Positions 59,040-64,000 of a stretch of 64,000 nt of DNA are shown one piece after another (the stretch's first letter is position 1; every line of letters begins with the position of its first letter). Made by a program: the position numbers and the translations under genes. Source of the DNA: an uncultured Opitutales bacterium (GTDB lineage: Bacteria > Verrucomicrobiota > Verrucomicrobiia > Opitutales > UBA2987); assembly GCA_964542645.1 (NCBI GenBank), contig CAZIUG010000008.1, positions 17,848 through 81,847 on the forward strand. The letters run 5' to 3'. The notes under the pieces were generated by a model, which was not told where the DNA came from, did not search any database, and saw only the letters and a list, made by a program, of their open reading frames with translations.

Positions 59040-60155
59040 ATGACTACAATAGCCGAAACTGTTATCGAGAAACGGCTCCTGCTTGGACCAGGGCCGAGTA
59101 ATCCTTCGCCCAATGTTATCCAAGCATTGACAAGGCCTATGCTGGGACATCTGGATCCAAAATTCCTAGAAATCTTTGATGTATGTAAGGCCAGATTGCG
59201 CCAAGTTTTTCGCACCGAAAACGAACTCACTTTTCCAGTCTCTGGCACCGGGACTTCGGGTATGGAAATGCTACTGAATAATTTTCTCGAGGCAGGAGAC
59301 GAAGCCCTCATCGCGGTAGGAGGCTTTTTTGGAGGGAGGATGGCAGATTTCGCAGAACGGATCGGAGCAAAAACAACACGCTACAATTACGAATGGGGTA
59401 CCTCTATTAATAAGGATGAATTTCTTTGCTTAATCGAGAAAACGAAGCCGAGATTCGTTGGAATAGTCCACGCTGAGACATCGACTGGAGTTATCCAGCA
59501 TATGGATGAAATCTCGGCAGCTGTACATAAAAACGGAGCAATTCTATGTCTCGATTGCGTCACTTCGCTTGGTACTTGTGAATTAGAGATTGACGGCTGG
59601 GATATCGACATTGCTTTTTCCTGCAGTCAAAAGGGTCTCGCATGCCCTCCTGGACTCTCCCCCATCACTGCTTCTCCAAGAGCGATGGATCGATTGAAAA
59701 AACGACAGACTACGATTCCAAGTTTCTACTTTAATCTAAAGGAAATTCTGGCCTATATCGGCGATTCTGAGAAACGAGCGTATCACCATACTGCTCCTAT
59801 TAGCATGATCTATGGAATCCACGAGGGGCTGAGGGAAATTCTGGAAGAAGGCCTCGAAGCTCGCTGGCAACGCCACCGAGATAACGCCCACTACCTTATT
59901 AAGAATGCCACAGGAATCGGGTTAACCCCTTTCGTCAAAGAAGAGGACCGACTAAATGCAGTGACCACATTCACGATTCCCCATGGAGTTGATGATCGAT
60001 CCGTTCGATCTCAGTTACTCAACAAATACGGCATTGAAATCGGAGGTGGATTCGGGAAGCTTGCTGACAAAATTTGGAGAATTGGCCTGATGGGTTCCAA
60101 TTCAAAAAAGGAAACCGTCGATAGGCTATTCGAGGCTTTGGGAGCAATTCTTTAG
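59040..60155 (+). CDS. Alanine/serine-glyoxylate aminotransferase, class V PLP-dependent
   Basis: LLLGPGPS, GTGTSGME, VHAETSTG, DCVTS, SQKGL (PLP Lys), WRIGLMG. Confidence 0.92.
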   Translation: MTTIAETVIEKRLLLGPGPSNPSPNVIQALTRPMLGHLDPKFLEIFDVCKARLRQVFRTENELTFPVSGTGTSGMEMLLNNFLEAGDEALIAVGGFFGGRMADFAERIGAKTTRYNYEWGTSINKDEFLCLIEKTKPRFVGIVHAETSTGVIQHMDEISAAVHKNGAILCLDCVTSLGTCELEIDGWDIDIAFSCSQKGLACPPGLSPITASPRAMDRLKKRQTTIPSFYFNLKEILAYIGDSEKRAYHHTAPISMIYGIHEGLREILEEGLEARWQRHRDNAHYLIKNATGIGLTPFVKEEDRLNAVTTFTIPHGVDDRSVRSQLLNKYGIEIGGGFGKLADKIWRIGLMGSNSKKETVDRLFEALGAIL

Positions 60156-60203
60156 ACTACTAGAATCCTTTAGCCAGAGATAAATCTCGATTACCTATCA
60201 TTC

Positions 60204-61820
60204 CTAAATAGCCGCAGCGTGACGGCCCGCTTCTGGATCGCCAGCAACGCAGTAAAATCCGTCTGAGGAATTAGAGTAGAGCATCACGGGCGTTGCAATA
60301 GGTCCTATCCGCGCTTCAATCTCATGACCGCGAAGCGCTAGATCTTTTCCAACCTCCTTGGCCAGACCCTCGCTAACAGCTAGTGAACCGGACCTGATGA
60401 AAGTTCGGCCTCGATCCGGGTTAGGATCAAAGGAATCTTCATGATGGTCGGTAGCAAAACGAGGCTCTCGCACAGCTTCCGCGGGTTCCATACCGAATTC
60501 TATAAAATCAAGAAGCAAATTTAGAGTTGCCTGATCTTGCAAATCCCCCCCCGCTACACTGATCGCTAGGACAGGAGACTTATCCTTGAGCACCAAAGTT
60601 GGAGTTAGGGTAATACGCGGACGTTTGCCAGGAGCAATACAGTTAGGATGCCCAGGTGTGGTATTTAGGCTTCGCAAGCGATTACCGTAGCTGATGCCAG
60701 CCCGGCCAGTTCCCCCATCATTGTAAACATTGGCACTCGGCGTTGCGGAAACCACGTTTCCCCACCGGTCAGCAACAACACAGGTAGTGGTTCCCCCCTC
60801 TCCAGGACGGAATTGACCTGGGCCCTTTAATGCTTTTATCCGATAGGGATCTCCTGGTCTAGCCTCGTGGGAGACTTCTTGCATATCAATTAGGGTTCGA
60901 CGGATTTTAGTATAATCATCCGAAAGCAACTCTCTAAGCGGAACATCAACAAAATTTGGGTCCCCGTAGTACTCATCACGGTCGGCCATCGCTAATTTGA
61001 TAGCCTCAATTACTACGTGTACATAGTCTGCTGAAAGATATCCCATCTGCTTCAAATCGAATCCTTCCAACAGGCGAAGAGCCTGGCACAAGTACGGGCC
61101 CTGAGTCCAAGGGCCACACTTGTAGACAGTAAAGCCTTTGTAATTGATCGAAACAGGCTCCTCAATCAACGTCTTGTGAGCCGCGAGATCTTCCCGGGAG
61201 AGAAACCCTCCTTTCTCAGCATAAAATGCTTCGAGATCTTCTGCAATATCGTTGCGCTCAGGATTTCGACCATAAAATCTATCTGTTGCTGCCTGCAGAC
61301 GTTCTTCTCTTGAACCCCGAGCCAGATTCTCTTCTTCCACCATTCGACGAAGCGTAACCGCAAGATTTGGATGCCAAACCTCACTGCCTGAGTCGAGTAA
61401 GGCCAATGTTGGCGAGACTATGTCCTCGAACGACCTGGTTCCATAGCGCTGCAGAAGGGTCACGCAAAGATCAACGACTGAAGGAACTGGAGCCATCTTA
61501 ATATCCCCATAAGGAATCCCGTTCTTCATGTACCAATCGATAGCATCCCGAGAGAGAGGCGCTCCCCCCTGGCCCGAGAGGGATTTTACCTCCCTCGTTT
61601 TTACATCAAAGATCAAGACTGGAACCTCTCCACCAATAGAACATTGGCCATGATCCGTTACATTAAGGGCTAGGATAACACCCGCCGCAGCATCCGCTGC
61701 ATTCCCTCCTCCTTGCAAGATCTCTATACCAGCCGCAACTGCTTCAGCAGCACCCGCAGCAACTGCTCCCTCTTTCCCCTTGGCATTCCATCCGATCGAT
61801 TGAACTTTTGTTGCTTCCAT
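60204..61820 (-). CDS. ggt: Gamma-glutamyltransferase family (Ntn-hydrolase) protein
   Basis: GGNAADAA, IGGE, MADRDEYYGDP, GG-TTTCVVAD autoprocessing site, GGDLQDQ. No signal peptide. Confidence 0.88.
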   Translation of the reverse strand: MEATKVQSIGWNAKGKEGAVAAGAAEAVAAGIEILQGGGNAADAAAGVILALNVTDHGQCSIGGEVPVLIFDVKTREVKSLSGQGGAPLSRDAIDWYMKNGIPYGDIKMAPVPSVVDLCVTLLQRYGTRSFEDIVSPTLALLDSGSEVWHPNLAVTLRRMVEEENLARGSREERLQAATDRFYGRNPERNDIAEDLEAFYAEKGGFLSREDLAAHKTLIEEPVSINYKGFTVYKCGPWTQGPYLCQALRLLEGFDLKQMGYLSADYVHVVIEAIKLAMADRDEYYGDPNFVDVPLRELLSDDYTKIRRTLIDMQEVSHEARPGDPYRIKALKGPGQFRPGEGGTTTCVVADRWGNVVSATPSANVYNDGGTGRAGISYGNRLRSLNTTPGHPNCIAPGKRPRITLTPTLVLKDKSPVLAISVAGGDLQDQATLNLLLDFIEFGMEPAEAVREPRFATDHHEDSFDPNPDRGRTFIRSGSLAVSEGLAKEVGKDLALRGHEIEARIGPIATPVMLYSNSSDGFYCVAGDPEAGRHAAAI

Positions 61821-62093
61821 GATTAAAACCCACGTTTAAGACTTCTACCAAACAGAGCCTGTCTATGTTTGTTCAGACAGGTTACTGCAGAGGATGATGA
61901 AACTGAATTCTAAAAAAGGGCTACTCAAAAATGTCCAAAATGAAAATTAGATGGAGTCTTGAACAAGATCAAAAATGATCATAGCACCATTTTTAGCAAT
62001 TTCAGGATTCCGCAAAACATAAATCGTTTTGATTCTGATATTCAAATTCATCTTCTTGAAAGGTGTCTGTTGGCTTCAGTATCCAGAAAACCC

Positions 62094-62549
62094 CTAGAAT
62101 TTTTTATTCTTCGTATCTATGAACAACGTAACGGGACCATCGTTAAAAGCTTCGATTTCCATCACAGCGCCGAATTTACCCGAACGGATTGGCCTCTGTA
62201 AATTTCCCTCTAATTTCGTGAGGAATGACTCATAAAGGGGAATAGCTAATTCCGGACCAGCAGCTCGATTGAATGAGGGACGGGTTCCTTTCCTGAGATT
62301 TCCGAAGAGTGTAAACTGACTGATCACGAGCACTTCTCCATCGCAGTCAGATACTGAACAATTCATCAGCCCATGATTATCCGGAAAGATTCTTATCGAA
62401 GGAATCTTAGTGCTGAGCCATTTAACATCCTCCATCGTATCCAACTGATGGATCCCTACAAAAACGAGCATTCCTGGGCCAATGCTCCCGCCTTTCTCAC
62501 CAGCTATGCTTACCGATGCTTTATGTACCCTCTGGATGACGGCTCTCAT
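62094..62549 (-). CDS. dtd: D-aminoacyl-tRNA deacylase
   Basis: MRAVIQRV, SQFTL, RPSF, NDGPVT. Confidence 0.96.
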   Translation of the reverse strand: MRAVIQRVHKASVSIAGEKGGSIGPGMLVFVGIHQLDTMEDVKWLSTKIPSIRIFPDNHGLMNCSVSDCDGEVLVISQFTLFGNLRKGTRPSFNRAAGPELAIPLYESFLTKLEGNLQRPIRSGKFGAVMEIEAFNDGPVTLFIDTKNKKF

Positions 62550-62676
62550 AACTGCTTATACCAGAGATTCAACACTGACAAAGGACCTCGATCTCCAAAT
62601 TCGGATATCTATTATCCATCATTAATTTTAAAATTAATAATAGTCCAGTTACAGATTCTTTCTCTCTGCTCACTTA

Positions 62677-63585
62677 TCAATAATCTCCCCTGGGTTTCTG
62701 AAGGATGTGTGTCAACGCATCCAGAAGTGTCGGATGCCGAAACTTATAACCTTTCTCAATCAGCACATTAGGACTAGCAGAAACATCGGAAAGAAGGGTC
62801 TCCCGACCCATTTCCCCTAACAGGCATCGAATCAATGTAGCCGGTATTTTAAAAAAACATGGGCGATTCAACACTTTTGATAAAGTCATACTGAAAAATC
62901 GATTATTAATCTGGTCTGGGGCAATAGTATTTACTGGACCTTGGACCCTCATGTCCGAGATGCAATGGTCGACTATCCCTAAGACGTCCTCTAGAGAGAT
63001 CCAAGAAACCGCCTGCTTTCCATCACCAATCGGACCACCTAAACCCATTCTAAACGCCGGCAGCATCTTTCTTAATACTCCTCCGCTACTTCCCAGGACG
63101 AGACCGAGTCTCAGGGTAACCACACGAATACCTGCCTTACATGCCGAATTTGTGGCAGCCTCCCACCTCATGCAGACGTTAGCTAGGAATCCACTTCCAT
63201 AAGAATCCGCTTCTGTGTGGACATCACTACCTAACCCCGAATAGCAACTGATTCCCGATGCAGATATTAAAACATCGGGAGGGTGCTCCATCTGTGCAAT
63301 CTTTTCACAGAGCAGTTTGGTTCCTCTTTCCCGACTCTCAAGGATTCGCCGTTTCCTCCTGACGGTCCAATATCCAGACCCGATGTTTTCCCCAGCCAGG
63401 TGAACCACAACATCCAGGCCATCTAACTTGGAGATGTCTAAAATCCCCTGCTCGTTATTCCAGTATATATCTTGGGGTCGGGATGGTGAACGAGTCAGCC
63501 GATAGACCACGTCACCGCGTCTTTCAAAAAACCGCACCAACTCTGCGCCTATAAACCCCCTCGCGCCCGATACTAGGATTCTCAC
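62677..63585 (-). CDS. TIGR01777 family NAD-dependent epimerase/oxidoreductase (YfcH-like)
   Basis: GARGFIG, HLAGENI, LRLGLVL, LGGPIGDGKQAVSWI, GPVN. Confidence 0.92.
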   Translation of the reverse strand: MRILVSGARGFIGAELVRFFERRGDVVYRLTRSPSRPQDIYWNNEQGILDISKLDGLDVVVHLAGENIGSGYWTVRRKRRILESRERGTKLLCEKIAQMEHPPDVLISASGISCYSGLGSDVHTEADSYGSGFLANVCMRWEAATNSACKAGIRVVTLRLGLVLGSSGGVLRKMLPAFRMGLGGPIGDGKQAVSWISLEDVLGIVDHCISDMRVQGPVNTIAPDQINNRFFSMTLSKVLNRPCFFKIPATLIRCLLGEMGRETLLSDVSASPNVLIEKGYKFRHPTLLDALTHILQKPRGDY

Positions 63586-63859
63586 TAATTCCTAACTCCT
63601 ACCATCTGACTCTGTCGGGCAGACAGAAAGCACTGAGAGTTCCAAACCCGTATCATAACAATCGTCTCCAGAGGTCGTAAGATCATCCGATTTGTCTGCC
63701 AACGATTGATTAAGAAACTCGTAAATGAATCACAAACCTATGGAAAATTTAGTTCTGCCTAGGACTGACTAGGGTGTTTGCTATTCCTAGTTTAAACAAG
63801 GTTCAACATAGGTTTCATTCGTCTATTTTGACTATTACCGATTAAAAAATGTAGCTGAA

Positions 63860-64000
63860 TCAGCGCCATCCCCGCGACTTTGAAAGAGCAATCATAAGGA
63901 GAAAAAAAGGCGCCCCAAAGATAGCGGTAACGATGCCAATGGGAAATTCATCCGGTGCGAGAACCCACCTGCAAAAGAAATCAGTCGATATTATCAAGAA
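63860..64000 (-). CDS. 3' end of FecCD/HmuU/BtuC-type iron-chelate ABC permease (partial, runs off the window)
   Basis: My translation of the minus strand from 64000 gives FLIISTDFFCRWVLAPDEFPIGIVTAIFGAPFFLLMIALSKSRGWR*, with the typical PIGIVTAxxGAPFF terminus. Confidence 0.85.
   Translation of the reverse strand, partial: FLIISTDFFCRWVLAPDEFPIGIVTAIFGAPFFLLMIALSKSRGWR

Noticed and set aside
952-63202. The many 60-135 aa ORFs in the track that overlap longer genes on the opposite strand or in another frame (e.g. 2637-3041, 21267-21659, 44567-44947, 45187-45591)
   Set aside because: Each lies inside a CDS with clear family motifs and shows no motif of its own, so they are treated as shadow ORFs.
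1-64000. CRISPR array, tRNA/rRNA, transposase, integrase or prophage explaining the island
   Set aside because: No regularly spaced repeats, no tRNA T-loop/acceptor structure in intergenic DNA, and no DDE or tyrosine recombinase ORF were seen.

Overview
A gene-dense bacterial chromosomal window with about 52 protein-coding genes, one frameshifted gene relic and one partial gene at the right edge. I found no rRNA, tRNA, CRISPR array, transposase or phage gene. Roughly the first 56.5 kb is a mosaic of small-molecule catabolic enzymes in frequently switching orientation. It holds 6 enolase-superfamily (mandelate racemase-like) enzymes plus a relic of a seventh, 7 PhyH-type Fe(II)/2-oxoglutarate dioxygenases, 4 Gfo/Idh/MocA oxidoreductases, 3 aldo-keto reductases, 2 UxuA-like dehydratases, 2 Ldh_2 dehydrogenases and 2 M19 dipeptidase-like amidohydrolases. 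It also has glycoside-hydrolase-like proteins, an amidase, an SDR, a cupin and MsrB/MsrA. There is no recognisable transcription regulator and only two MFS transporters. The last ~7.5 kb is more housekeeping-like: a PksC-like malonyl transacylase, HmuV, an AGXT-type aminotransferase, a GGT-family enzyme, Dtd, a TIGR01777 protein and the 3' end of an FecCD/HmuU permease. The best leads are: (1) the regulator-free paralog collection with diversified or missing catalytic residues; (2) a cryptic Rid/YjgF-like protein next to an amidase; (3) a GH32 protein lacking the catalytic acid; (4) a lysine-less P-loop protein paired with a dioxygenase; (5) a triple DUF5069-like repeat protein; (6) an orphan trans-AT-type acyltransferase. 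All family calls come from recognising motifs by eye; no database search was run. The host lineage cannot be fixed from this window. An uncultured marine heterotroph is an inference from gene content only.
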